The translations under genes were made by a program, and so were the position numbers. A DNA stretch of 24,591 bases from a bacterium (GTDB lineage Bacteria > Zhuqueibacterota > Zhuqueibacteria > Oceanimicrobiales > Oceanimicrobiaceae): NCBI GenBank assembly GCA_046757025.1, contig JBHHXN010000070.1, positions 1 through 24,591 of the forward strand, in the 5' to 3' direction. This document shows positions 16,642 to 24,591 of the stretch, piece after piece; position 1 is the stretch's first letter; every line of letters begins with the position of its first letter. Under the pieces are notes generated by a model. That model searched no databases, had not been told where the DNA came from, and saw only the letters and a program-made list of their open reading frames with translations.

Positions 16642-19600
16642 TCAAAACGCCTGCTCCAATCCAAACACCCAGCGGAAACGCACGGCATTTTCATCGGGCA
16701 GAGGTTTGTTCACCCATATAGGAAAATCGAAACGCAGAGCGATATTCCGGCTGCCGGTGAGCAGGGTGTACCATTTATCCGCCAGTCGTTTCTGAAAACG
16801 CAGTCCCAACCCGGCGTCGGTAAAGAATTGACTATTCTGGTCGCTAAATTCCATTCGGGCCAGATCGACAAAAAGCACCAGGCCAGTGTTTCCAAAGATG
16901 GCGCGCCAGCGCTTTCCAGCCCAGTTGGGCGGCAGTTCTTTGCGCAGCTCCACATTGAAAGCCAGAATCTGGTCGCCGGCAAAAAACTGATTATAGAAAC
17001 CACGCAAATTTCCTCCGCCCGGCAAATGATAGTGCAGCTCTTCAGGCAGGGCGCCATCGCTTCTCAGAAAAAAGCGTTTGAATCGCTCTCTGGGATTAGC
17101 GCCATCTAAAAATATTAAATCCTGCACCGGCGTCATATCGGAATTGAAAATTTTCTTGCCGTGGAATCTCAAATACAATCCGGCGGGCTTTTTCAACAGC
17201 CAGAATTTAAAGGTAGTGAAAACCGTGCTGTAGCTAAAATCGCTGCCCCAGTCGTCGTGCAGCAAGTCCACACCGGCGAGGAGATTGGAGTACCAATCCA
17301 ATCCGCGGGGATCGAACTGGTAGCGCACGTACACATTGTTGACTTTTCCCGGCTCCCAGGTGATCACCTCCACATCGTTTTTCTGATCCAACTCCCTACG
17401 CACATAACGCTCACCTTCTCCTGTCAGCAATCGGGAATGGTTAAAGCCTACCCATAGCCGGTGCCGTGGCGGCAGGGTCAGGTACTTCCCTTTAACAAAG
17501 GCGATATGGGCATCTATTTCAAAACGCCCCTCCATTTTTTGAATGAAGAGGGTACCGCGGGTGTTTTTCCCCAGCGGCATGATGGGATTCGAATAGCTAA
17601 AACGTCCATCCAACTGTTGGGAATCGACGCCAAACCAGGCGCCCAGATATAAATTGCGACTTTTGCCGTAGCGGCCTTTCAGGCGCCCGCCCACGCGAAC
17701 TTTGTCCACCTGGTTAAACCAAAAGGCCGGCCGCCATGTAATCAAATACGCATGGCGCGGCTGGTACGACATGCCGGGATAATCATAAGCGAAAACAAAT
17801 TGCAGTGGCCCGTTGTTGAGACGAGTTTTGTCTAAAATGGCATCGTTCGGATCCACCACAATTTTTTGCGGTTTGCTGCCCGTAACAAAAGTCAGCTCGC
17901 CTGATTCATCGAACCCATCCCACCGCTGTAAAAGCGTGTCGCCGGCCTGCGTGGTCAACTGCACTTCCACGGGCATGACCCCCCTGTGTTTGCGGAGAAC
18001 TTCCACCCGCGTGTGCCATTTATCTTGGATTTCTTTCTTTTCCACTTTTCCCAGTGCGTAATCCAGGGTCAGGGAATCGTGCAGCCACTGTTTAAAAAAC
18101 CAGTCCAAGTCCTTACCGCTAACGTCTTCACAAACTCGTTTGAAACGCGCTTCATTCACGTGTTTAAATTTCCAGCGTTGGAAATATTCCTGACAAATTT
18201 TCGAAAACGTCTCCTCCCCCACCAGGTATTTTAACATGTCAAAAAAGAAAGCGCCTTTGGTGTAAGCGTTTTGGCGGTAAGCCATCGGTTCGTCGAACTG
18301 ATGCGACACTTTCGAAATCGGTTGATTGCGAGCGGAGTTGATGTAATTTACCGCCGCATCCCGTTCACGTTCGCGCAACGTTTTTGAGGGGCGGTGCTGG
18401 TTAAGCCAGTTGGCTCGCTGCAAAAACGCCGGACGATCATACCCCCATTTGCCATAACGAGTCTCCAGATACCATCGGGTTTGAAAGGAAGTGAAGCCCT
18501 CGTCCAGCCAGGCCTCTTTCCATTCGTTGTTGGCCAGAATCCCGTAGAAGTAAATGTGACCCACTTCGTGTAAAATCAGGGACTCGCGTGTGGAGCTGTT
18601 CATCACCAGCATGGGATACTCCATACCGCCGCGCAACAGGCCGTGCGCAATGGTGAGCTGCGGGTAAGGATAGCGCCCAAATTGGGTGGAGAGCCACTCC
18701 AGAGCCCGGGCGGCGCGCTTGACGGCTCGTTTTGTCCAACTATTTCGTGCCCGCGAACGGTACACAACGTGAATGGGAATCCCATCCCATTCGCCGGTTT
18801 CGTACAAAAAATCCGGACTGGTTACCCAGGCGAAATCGTGTACACGCTCCGCATGAAAACGCACCGACCGCAGCGCTCCGCTTGCTGTGGTCCTTTCTAT
18901 CCAATGATGCCGTTGAGTCGTAAATTCCTGCCACTGCTGGCGGGAAAAAGAAGTATCCACTTTAACCTCGTTCCAGCCGGGGTCGCCGGCCGCCACTTTG
19001 CCAGTGGCAGCCACGATGTACGCCGCCGGCGTGCGGATGGTCACATCGAACACGCCAAACTCGCCGTAGAATTCACCAAGATAGTGGAAAGGTTGCGCAT
19101 TCCAGCCGTTTTCATCGTACACACATACTTTGGGATACCACTGCGCAAAATCGTACTGAAAGTCGCGATAGCCGGCTCTGCCCGAAAAATATCTGACTTT
19201 GAGATAAAAAGACAGCTTGATAATGAGGCTGTCGCCCGGCGCCAGCGGCTCGGGTAAATCCGTCTGTAGAATAGAATCATTTACATCAAACGCGGTTAAA
19301 ACAAAGTCCGATCGCTCATCATTTTTATTCAAAATTTTAAAGGATTCAATTTTCAGATATCCGCCATCTTCAGGCGAATTGAGGATTTTTTGATAGTAAC
19401 GCCTGGCCTCCTGTACCCGCAGAGATTTCGCGTTTTGATAACCATTGGGGTACAAATGCATAAAAAATTGCCGCAGGGTGTCCGGCGAGTGGTTGTAGTA
19501 AACAACAGTTTGGTCTCCTACCAGCGCCTGCTCCATGGGAATCAACGTCACGTCCATGGTGTAATGAACCTGCTGCTGCCAGTAGGATTCTTCCGCATTG

Positions 19601-19662
19601 AGAGGAACCGAAATCAGTAAAATCAGGCAGCTTAGCCATACCGCGTGTTTGGTCGTGGTCAT
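16642..19662 (-). CDS. M1 family zinc aminopeptidase with signal peptide, fused to a predicted C-terminal Omp85/BamA-like outer-membrane beta-barrel (1006 aa)
   Basis: YWQQ N-terminus, QWYPK, GGMEYP, HEVGH-x18-E (WLDEG), AYTKG. The last ~370 aa show alternating amphipathic strands, GGGNLRGFY and the terminal FRWVFGLEQAF. Confidence 0.9.
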   Translation of the reverse strand: MTTTKHAVWLSCLILLISVPLNAEESYWQQQVHYTMDVTLIPMEQALVGDQTVVYYNHSPDTLRQFFMHLYPNGYQNAKSLRVQEARRYYQKILNSPEDGGYLKIESFKILNKNDERSDFVLTAFDVNDSILQTDLPEPLAPGDSLIIKLSFYLKVRYFSGRAGYRDFQYDFAQWYPKVCVYDENGWNAQPFHYLGEFYGEFGVFDVTIRTPAAYIVAATGKVAAGDPGWNEVKVDTSFSRQQWQEFTTQRHHWIERTTASGALRSVRFHAERVHDFAWVTSPDFLYETGEWDGIPIHVVYRSRARNSWTKRAVKRAARALEWLSTQFGRYPYPQLTIAHGLLRGGMEYPMLVMNSSTRESLILHEVGHIYFYGILANNEWKEAWLDEGFTSFQTRWYLETRYGKWGYDRPAFLQRANWLNQHRPSKTLRERERDAAVNYINSARNQPISKVSHQFDEPMAYRQNAYTKGAFFFDMLKYLVGEETFSKICQEYFQRWKFKHVNEARFKRVCEDVSGKDLDWFFKQWLHDSLTLDYALGKVEKKEIQDKWHTRVEVLRKHRGVMPVEVQLTTQAGDTLLQRWDGFDESGELTFVTGSKPQKIVVDPNDAILDKTRLNNGPLQFVFAYDYPGMSYQPRHAYLITWRPAFWFNQVDKVRVGGRLKGRYGKSRNLYLGAWFGVDSQQLDGRFSYSNPIMPLGKNTRGTLFIQKMEGRFEIDAHIAFVKGKYLTLPPRHRLWVGFNHSRLLTGEGERYVRRELDQKNDVEVITWEPGKVNNVYVRYQFDPRGLDWYSNLLAGVDLLHDDWGSDFSYSTVFTTFKFWLLKKPAGLYLRFHGKKIFNSDMTPVQDLIFLDGANPRERFKRFFLRSDGALPEELHYHLPGGGNLRGFYNQFFAGDQILAFNVELRKELPPNWAGKRWRAIFGNTGLVLFVDLARMEFSDQNSQFFTDAGLGLRFQKRLADKWYTLLTGSRNIALRFDFPIWVNKPLPDENAVRFRWVFGLEQAF

Positions 19663-19784
19663 TTTTTCTCGTCTTACCCGCTATTGCATTTTAATCTACT
19701 CATCCATGAATTCTCTATGGAATTTCTGAATTCAAAATGTCACTCTGTTCGTAAGATGAAATATCTGGTGTGGGTGGATACAGC

Positions 19785-20426
19785 TCAAACCCGTTTCCGT
19801 GCCAGAATATATGCGCGCTGACTTTCGTATTCCACGTCCTTATAAGGCGCTCGTTGTAGCGAATCCTCATGCACAAAGCCGGTCAATCGCAGGTATTTCA
19901 ACATTTCTTTGATGGTGAAAAAATAAAAATCCATAGCCACCTTGTGCCCCCACAATTCATCCAAATGCAGGGATGCCTCACCGATGTGGAAGGAAAGCAA
20001 CAGCCGGCCTCGGGGTTTTAGTACGCGTTTCATTTCGGTTAACGCTCCCTGCACCCGATCCGGCGAAATGTGGATGAGAGAATAAAACGCCACGATTCCC
20101 GCCCAGGCTTCGTTTTCGACATTGAGGTTCAGCAGGTCGCCTTGCTGAAACGGGATGTCCGGATTGCGTTGCTGAGCCACGGTCACCATGGCGGGTGAAA
20201 GATCGATGCCGGTAACCTGTAGTCCGCGCTCGTGCAAAAAACGCGCGATTTGCCCGGGGCCGCAGCCTAAATCACAAACCACGCCATTGTCTTTCATGCT
20301 TTTTGCAAATTCTTCAAGCAATTTACGATCGAACGGTTTCTCTTCCAGCTCATTGAAATATCTTTCCGCGTACTCTTCGGCTAACACGTCGTAACTGCTT
20401 TTTAAATCCAATTCTGATTTATCCAT
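19785..20426 (-). CDS. Class I SAM-dependent methyltransferase (213 aa)
   Basis: VCDLGCGPG, GIDLSPAMV, FYSLIH, RVLKPRG; GGGAGGAG RBS. Confidence 0.92.
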   Translation of the reverse strand: MDKSELDLKSSYDVLAEEYAERYFNELEEKPFDRKLLEEFAKSMKDNGVVCDLGCGPGQIARFLHERGLQVTGIDLSPAMVTVAQQRNPDIPFQQGDLLNLNVENEAWAGIVAFYSLIHISPDRVQGALTEMKRVLKPRGRLLLSFHIGEASLHLDELWGHKVAMDFYFFTIKEMLKYLRLTGFVHEDSLQRAPYKDVEYESQRAYILARKRV

Positions 20427-20628
20427 TCTCCTCCCCGACTTGATTTAAGCGGTCGTTAAAAAGCTATTTCAGTTTACACCAAATCTGAATTTAATATAAA
20501 CATGTTTGGACTGATAATCAAGTATTGGGAACAACCAGCGCTGAACGATATCCAGAAATTTCAACCAGTCAATTTCTGGTTAGACGACAAAAAAGCTGAT
20601 CGGTTTATTGAAATAATAAGGTCAACCG

Positions 20629-20958
20629 CTAACTTCGCTGCACCACCACGGCCGAACCGTAACACAGCACTTCTGTCACACCGCTCATGACATCGGTGGC
20701 GTCATAGCGGACGCCTACCACGGCATTGGCGCCCACTTCCTCGGCGTGATCGACCATCATTTCAAAAGCTTCTGCCCGGGTCCTTTCACATAACTCGGTA
20801 AACAAAACGATGTTGCCACCCACCAGCGTGTGCAGCATGCCGCCCAGTGTTCCAAATAAAGATCGTGAGCGAACCGTCACTCCGCGCACAACGCCCAGAT
20901 GCTTGGTGATGCGGTAACCGTCCAATGTAAACGTGGTTGCGGTCATGGAACATTCCAT
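20629..20958 (-). CDS. ybjQ: YbjQ / UPF0145 putative heavy-metal-binding protein
   Basis: TTFTLDGYRI..HLGVVRGVTVRSRS, GANAVVGVRYD, EVLCYGSAV; AAGGAG RBS supports ATG 20958. Confidence 0.92.
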   Translation of the reverse strand: MECSMTATTFTLDGYRITKHLGVVRGVTVRSRSLFGTLGGMLHTLVGGNIVLFTELCERTRAEAFEMMVDHAEEVGANAVVGVRYDATDVMSGVTEVLCYGSAVVVQRS

Positions 20959-21065
20959 GCTGGTTCTCCTTTCTTCAATGGTTTGTCGTTCCCCGAGGCC
21001 CTCTGTTCGTAGCAAAACTCACAAAAGGGACAGATTTTAACAGAATTCAGGTGACAAGCATACGA

Positions 21066-21797
21066 CTATTTCCGTTCCGCGATCACTTTGATTACCTTTT
21101 CCTCGATAATTTCCAGCACGTTAAAACCATTCCATTTGAGAAATAAACTGAGTTCGTCTTTGGTGAAAGCGCGCAAAACAGCAAAGTCATCATATTTCTG
21201 TCTGCAGCCGGCTTGTTCCACAACATAGGTAGCGTACCAGTTAAAGGTCCAGCCCGTTTCTAAATTTGGACTCACTTTATTGAAGCGGGTAATGGTTTTA
21301 TCCACAAGCTCCACTTTTTGCTCGGAAGTGGGAGAAAAATTCGAAAAGATGGTTTCAGCTCCAAAACAATCAAAAATCAATTTACCATCGGTTTTTAAAA
21401 TGTCGTGAATCCCCTTAAAAGTGTCGTGAATTTCCTGATTATGAATGAGATAAACCAGACTGCGGCCAGTCAGGATGACCGCATCAAAAGTTTGTTTGCA
21501 CGGCAAATTGCGCATATCCCCACGAATGAATCGACCTTGCCCCAAAGTTTGCCGGGCGATAGCCAGCATTTCCTCCGACAAATCCAATCCGCAGAAATGG
21601 TAGTTCGCTTCCAGAAAACGCTGGCTGAGCAGGCCGCTGCCACAGGCAATTTCGAGCAAATGCGTACAGGAACATTTACTCAAAACTGCGTGATAAAATT
21701 CAAACTCCCGATCATAATCGATTAATTTCGGGTACATCTCATGATAAATGGCGGCAAGTTCTGAATATAATCGACTCATTTGCAGCGCCCTTTTCAT
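21066..21797 (-). CDS. Class I SAM-dependent methyltransferase (243 aa)
   Basis: LLEIACGSG, GLDLSEEML, GDMR, FDAV, GKLIFD. Confidence 0.9.
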   Translation of the reverse strand: MKRALQMSRLYSELAAIYHEMYPKLIDYDREFEFYHAVLSKCSCTHLLEIACGSGLLSQRFLEANYHFCGLDLSEEMLAIARQTLGQGRFIRGDMRNLPCKQTFDAVILTGRSLVYLIHNQEIHDTFKGIHDILKTDGKLIFDCFGAETIFSNFSPTSEQKVELVDKTITRFNKVSPNLETGWTFNWYATYVVEQAGCRQKYDDFAVLRAFTKDELSLFLKWNGFNVLEIIEEKVIKVIAERK

Positions 21798-21809
21798 GTC
21801 CTGTCCCGT

Positions 21810-22679
21810 TCACAAGTCGCGTTCCATCTCAAATTGTTTGGCGTATAATTCAAATCCACAACGGGTTAGAAAACGGATGAAGCCTTTGTCTTTGGATTGC
21901 ACATTTACGATTTTTAAATGACCCTCATGGTGAGTATGGCTCAAATACAGATAATTCATCAACAAACTAGCAATGCCGCGCCGGCGGTAAATATCCCGAA
22001 CCACCAGGTTCATTATCCAGTTCAGAGCCGGATAAAAGACCAGCAACCCCACGTACTCGTTATCGACCAGAGCGGCGAGCAGCAGCACCGAGTCCGGAAT
22101 CCGTTTGATGGCAGCAAAGCTATTTTCCCAAGAGGGCTGCCAATCTAAAAATCCGATAAACTCTGTCAATTCTTCGCGGTCGAGGGTTTCCACACGCACC
22201 GGCGCATCGGAACCTTTGCGGAGCCGGTATTTTTCAATTTTTAAATCAAAACAATCAAATTCACGCGTGATATTAAATCCCGCCTTCTGGTAAGCCTTAA
22301 TCGCCGGTGCGTTGTCCTGCAGCACTTCCAGTAGAAATTTCCTCACGCCCTTTGCTCTCAGAAACGGAACCGCATACTCAAACATTTTTTGGGCCAACCC
22401 TTTTCCACGATGTTCCCTGACCACGCCAGTGCCGATATCAAAAGCGGCCAACTCTTGCTGCCACCGATCCAGGCCGATCAGGGTGAAACCGACCATCTTC
22501 CCCTGATAGTACACCCCCACCGACGACTCGAAAACGATTCCGTTTTTCACGGCTCGATGAAAAAGACTTTGCTCATTCACCCGGCTCATGTCGATGGGGT
22601 AATCAGCAAAGGCATCCTGAAAAGTATGATATATTTCGGTAAAAGCGGCTTCAGATAAAAAATGAATTTGATAGGTCAT
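21810..22679 (-). CDS. Tandem (two-domain) GNAT family N-acetyltransferase
   Basis: Two acetyl-CoA binding motifs (GVVREHRGKGLA and VVRDIYRRRGIA), LEVLQDNAPAIKAYQKAGF, FLTRCGF. Confidence 0.92.
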   Translation of the reverse strand: MTYQIHFLSEAAFTEIYHTFQDAFADYPIDMSRVNEQSLFHRAVKNGIVFESSVGVYYQGKMVGFTLIGLDRWQQELAAFDIGTGVVREHRGKGLAQKMFEYAVPFLRAKGVRKFLLEVLQDNAPAIKAYQKAGFNITREFDCFDLKIEKYRLRKGSDAPVRVETLDREELTEFIGFLDWQPSWENSFAAIKRIPDSVLLLAALVDNEYVGLLVFYPALNWIMNLVVRDIYRRRGIASLLMNYLYLSHTHHEGHLKIVNVQSKDKGFIRFLTRCGFELYAKQFEMERDL

Positions 22680-22936
22680 GTTACATTAAATTGGGTAAAT
22701 CACATTTTAATGGCCCTTAACGCCAGACTTTCTCGAAGATGAAATGTTCAATAGCCGTGGTAAGGTAAATTTACAAAAGAAAAAATAAAACTACCACCAA
22801 TTTATCCACTATCGCCTGAATTCTGGCGGTCAAGCAATTTTCTTTTGTCAGGGCAAATCTTGAAACAGAAAAAAACCAGGATTATAAAAAATCCGGAATA
22901 AAATGAGGCTGCATTTTGTTTTAGATTATGTGAGTA

Positions 22937-22962
22937 AGTTGAATTCAGATTTGAATTCAACT
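22937..22962. other. Perfect palindrome AGTTGAATTCA-GATT-TGAATTCAACT (operator or hairpin)
   Basis: 11-bp arms with a 4-nt spacer, immediately next to the terminator. Confidence 0.5.
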
Positions 22963-22966
22963 AATT

Positions 22967-23004
22967 AAAAAGCCTGTTTCTGCAATAGAAACAGGCTTTT
23001 CTTT
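22967..23004. terminator. Rho-independent terminator, probably bidirectional; ends the sulfurtransferase operon on the minus strand
   Basis: Stem AAAAGCCTGTTTCT / AGAAACAGGCTTTT with a 5-nt loop and A/T tracts on both sides. Confidence 0.85.
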
Positions 23005-23027
23005 ATTCTGCCACCGTTTTGTCGGTT

Positions 23028-23162
23028 TTAACCCCCGGCTCTGAAAGAAACCACAAAATTCCCCACCCGGCTCCAGCCGCGCATGCCGTCGCTGAGATTG
23101 ACCGCGTCAAAACCCAAGGATTCCAGTATGCCAATCAATTCATCACATGAAATTTCTTTCAT
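23028..23162 (-). pseudogene. Internally deleted rhodanese-domain remnant (44 aa)
   Basis: MKEISCDEL|IGILESLGFDAVNLSDGMRGWSRVGNFVVSFRAGG*. A rhodanese N-terminal motif is joined directly to the C-terminal LGF..V.NL.GG..W-like motif; the DVR and catalytic-loop segments are missing. Confidence 0.65.
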
Positions 23163-23325
23163 GATCGTGCCTTCGCGTTTTCGCTTTGGAATGGTCAAAA
23201 GAGTTTAGTCTTTTTTGATTATCCAACCAGTTGGCCAATTGATGCTGTTCAGACGCCCCACAGGGAGTGGTTACTTAGATACGCATTCCATAAAATACAT
23301 TTGGTGATGACTGGACTGCATTGCC

Positions 23326-23535
23326 TCACTTAGATAAAATTCGCGACTGTGCCTTTTTCAAAGCCAGCGTTTTGGCTTCTTCGTGGCTCGCGCCATCGGC
23401 CCGGGAGATACTGGCGCCCGGGTTGACATTGTACACGTGACAAAAGTAACGGGAATCAATTTTATAGGTGATCACATTCACTTGGATTCCTGCGAGCTCT
23501 TGTTTTTCAGTTTTATAATTTTCAGCACTGGCCAT
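23326..23535 (-). CDS. Small hypothetical protein (69 aa, single Cys), coupled to the sulfurtransferase
   Basis: ATG 1 nt after the sulfurtransferase stop; protein-like pattern of beta strands followed by a C-terminal amphipathic helix. Confidence 0.78.
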   Translation of the reverse strand: MASAENYKTEKQELAGIQVNVITYKIDSRYFCHVYNVNPGASISRADGASHEEAKTLALKKAQSRILSK

Positions 23536-23536
23536 T

Positions 23537-24382
23537 TCACGTCCCCCTTTCCACTGGTGCTTTCACCAGGTTGCCCCACTCCGTCCAGGAACCGTCGTAA
23601 TTTTTCACATTGGGATATCCCAGCAAATATTTGAGCACAAACCAGGTATGACTGGAGCGCTCCCCGATGCGACAGTAGGCAATCACCTCTTTATCCGCCG
23701 TCACGCCTTGATTTTCGTACAAATTTTTCAACGCGTCAAAACTCTTGAACGTGCCATCCTCGTTGCAAGCCAAGCCCCAACCGATATTTTTTGCGCCCGG
23801 TATGTGCCCACCCCGCTGACAGGTTTCCGGTAATCCGGGCGGAGATAGAATCTTACCCGTAAATTCATCGGCGGAACGCACATCCACCAATACGGCGTTT
23901 GCCGCGTCGTACCGTTCCTGTACGTTCTCCAAATAGGCCCGCAGAGAAAGGTCTGGATCGTTGGCATGATACGCGGTGCGGCGGTTGCTCGGCTGCTCCT
24001 GTGTAAGCGGACGACCTTCGGCCAGCCACTTGTTACGCCCGCCATCCATGATGCGTACATCCTCATGACCGTAAATTTTCAATTGCCAGAAGGCCCACGC
24101 AGCAAACCAATTATTGTTGTCGCCATACAAAACCACAATGGTATCTTTTGAAATGCCGCTTTCCTGCAGCAACGCCTCCAAGTCTCCTTTTTGAATAATA
24201 TCACGCTCAACCGGATCGCATAACTGCGTCTGCCAGTTCCACCCTACAGCGCCCGGAATGTGTCCCTCGTCATACGCTTTCGTATCCACATCCACTTCCG
24301 CGACCACGACGCCGGCGTCGTATTTATGTTGAGCAACCCAATCGGTTGAAACAAGCACGTTTGGATTTTTATACTCAGCCAT
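23537..24382 (-). CDS. sseA: Two-domain thiosulfate/3-mercaptopyruvate sulfurtransferase (rhodanese; CysA/SseA type)
   Basis: LVSTDWV, GHIPGA twice, active-site loop YCRIGERSS, signature YDGSWTEWG; GGAGG RBS. Confidence 0.95.
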   Translation of the reverse strand: MAEYKNPNVLVSTDWVAQHKYDAGVVVAEVDVDTKAYDEGHIPGAVGWNWQTQLCDPVERDIIQKGDLEALLQESGISKDTIVVLYGDNNNWFAAWAFWQLKIYGHEDVRIMDGGRNKWLAEGRPLTQEQPSNRRTAYHANDPDLSLRAYLENVQERYDAANAVLVDVRSADEFTGKILSPPGLPETCQRGGHIPGAKNIGWGLACNEDGTFKSFDALKNLYENQGVTADKEVIAYCRIGERSSHTWFVLKYLLGYPNVKNYDGSWTEWGNLVKAPVERGT

Positions 24383-24518
24383 CGTTACCTCCTATCAATA
24401 TGATTTTAAGGGTTCTGAAAATGACTTGAAAATATGATTCTGAAGATGTTAAAAAAAGAACTTATTTTTGAATAAATCATCCTTATGGCAATCAGAATGA
24501 TTTGTTACATATTACAAA

Positions 24519-24591
24519 CTCAAGTTTCGCACTTATATAATTTAAACAAAAACAAATAAGGTCAAGCTGATGAATGAGTATTTAAGCAATT
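24519..24591. mobile_element. End of a second copy of the MITE/IS element, in inverted orientation, continuing beyond the window
   Basis: 24518-24591 matches the reverse complement of 5381-5454 at 69/74 positions, starting exactly at the terminal repeat. Confidence 0.82.

Overview
Bacterial genomic DNA of moderate GC with AT-rich intergenic stretches. The secreted hydrolases and beta-barrel fusion suggest a diderm organism; taxon not determined. Nearly all genes are on the minus strand. Left to right: (1) 5' end of a type I R-M hsdS and a long hsdM with an NFPF catalytic motif; (2) a membrane Ser/Thr kinase with TPR-like and FGE-sulfatase-fold domains; (3) an AT-rich region holding a ~424-bp MITE/IS remnant with terminal inverted repeats and a TAA target duplication; (4) an MNT-HEPN toxin-antitoxin pair whose toxin has an in-frame TGA at codon 10; (5) an LPP20-like exported-protein gene broken by three lesions; (6) an ALDH / GlnA4-like gamma-glutamyl ligase / PuuD-like hydrolase amine-catabolism cluster; (7) three secreted hydrolases: a CpdB-like nucleotidase, an M28 peptidase and an M1 aminopeptidase fused to an Omp85-like barrel; (8) two SAM methyltransferases, YbjQ and a tandem GNAT; (9) a sulfurtransferase with a coupled 69-aa single-Cys protein and a rhodanese remnant; (10) a second, inverted copy of the MITE/IS end running off the window. 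Best novelty candidates are the M1-Omp85 fusion, the TGA-interrupted HEPN toxin, the paired MITE/IS ends bracketing ~19 kb, and the sulfurtransferase partner protein. All family calls rest on motif recognition, not database searches.
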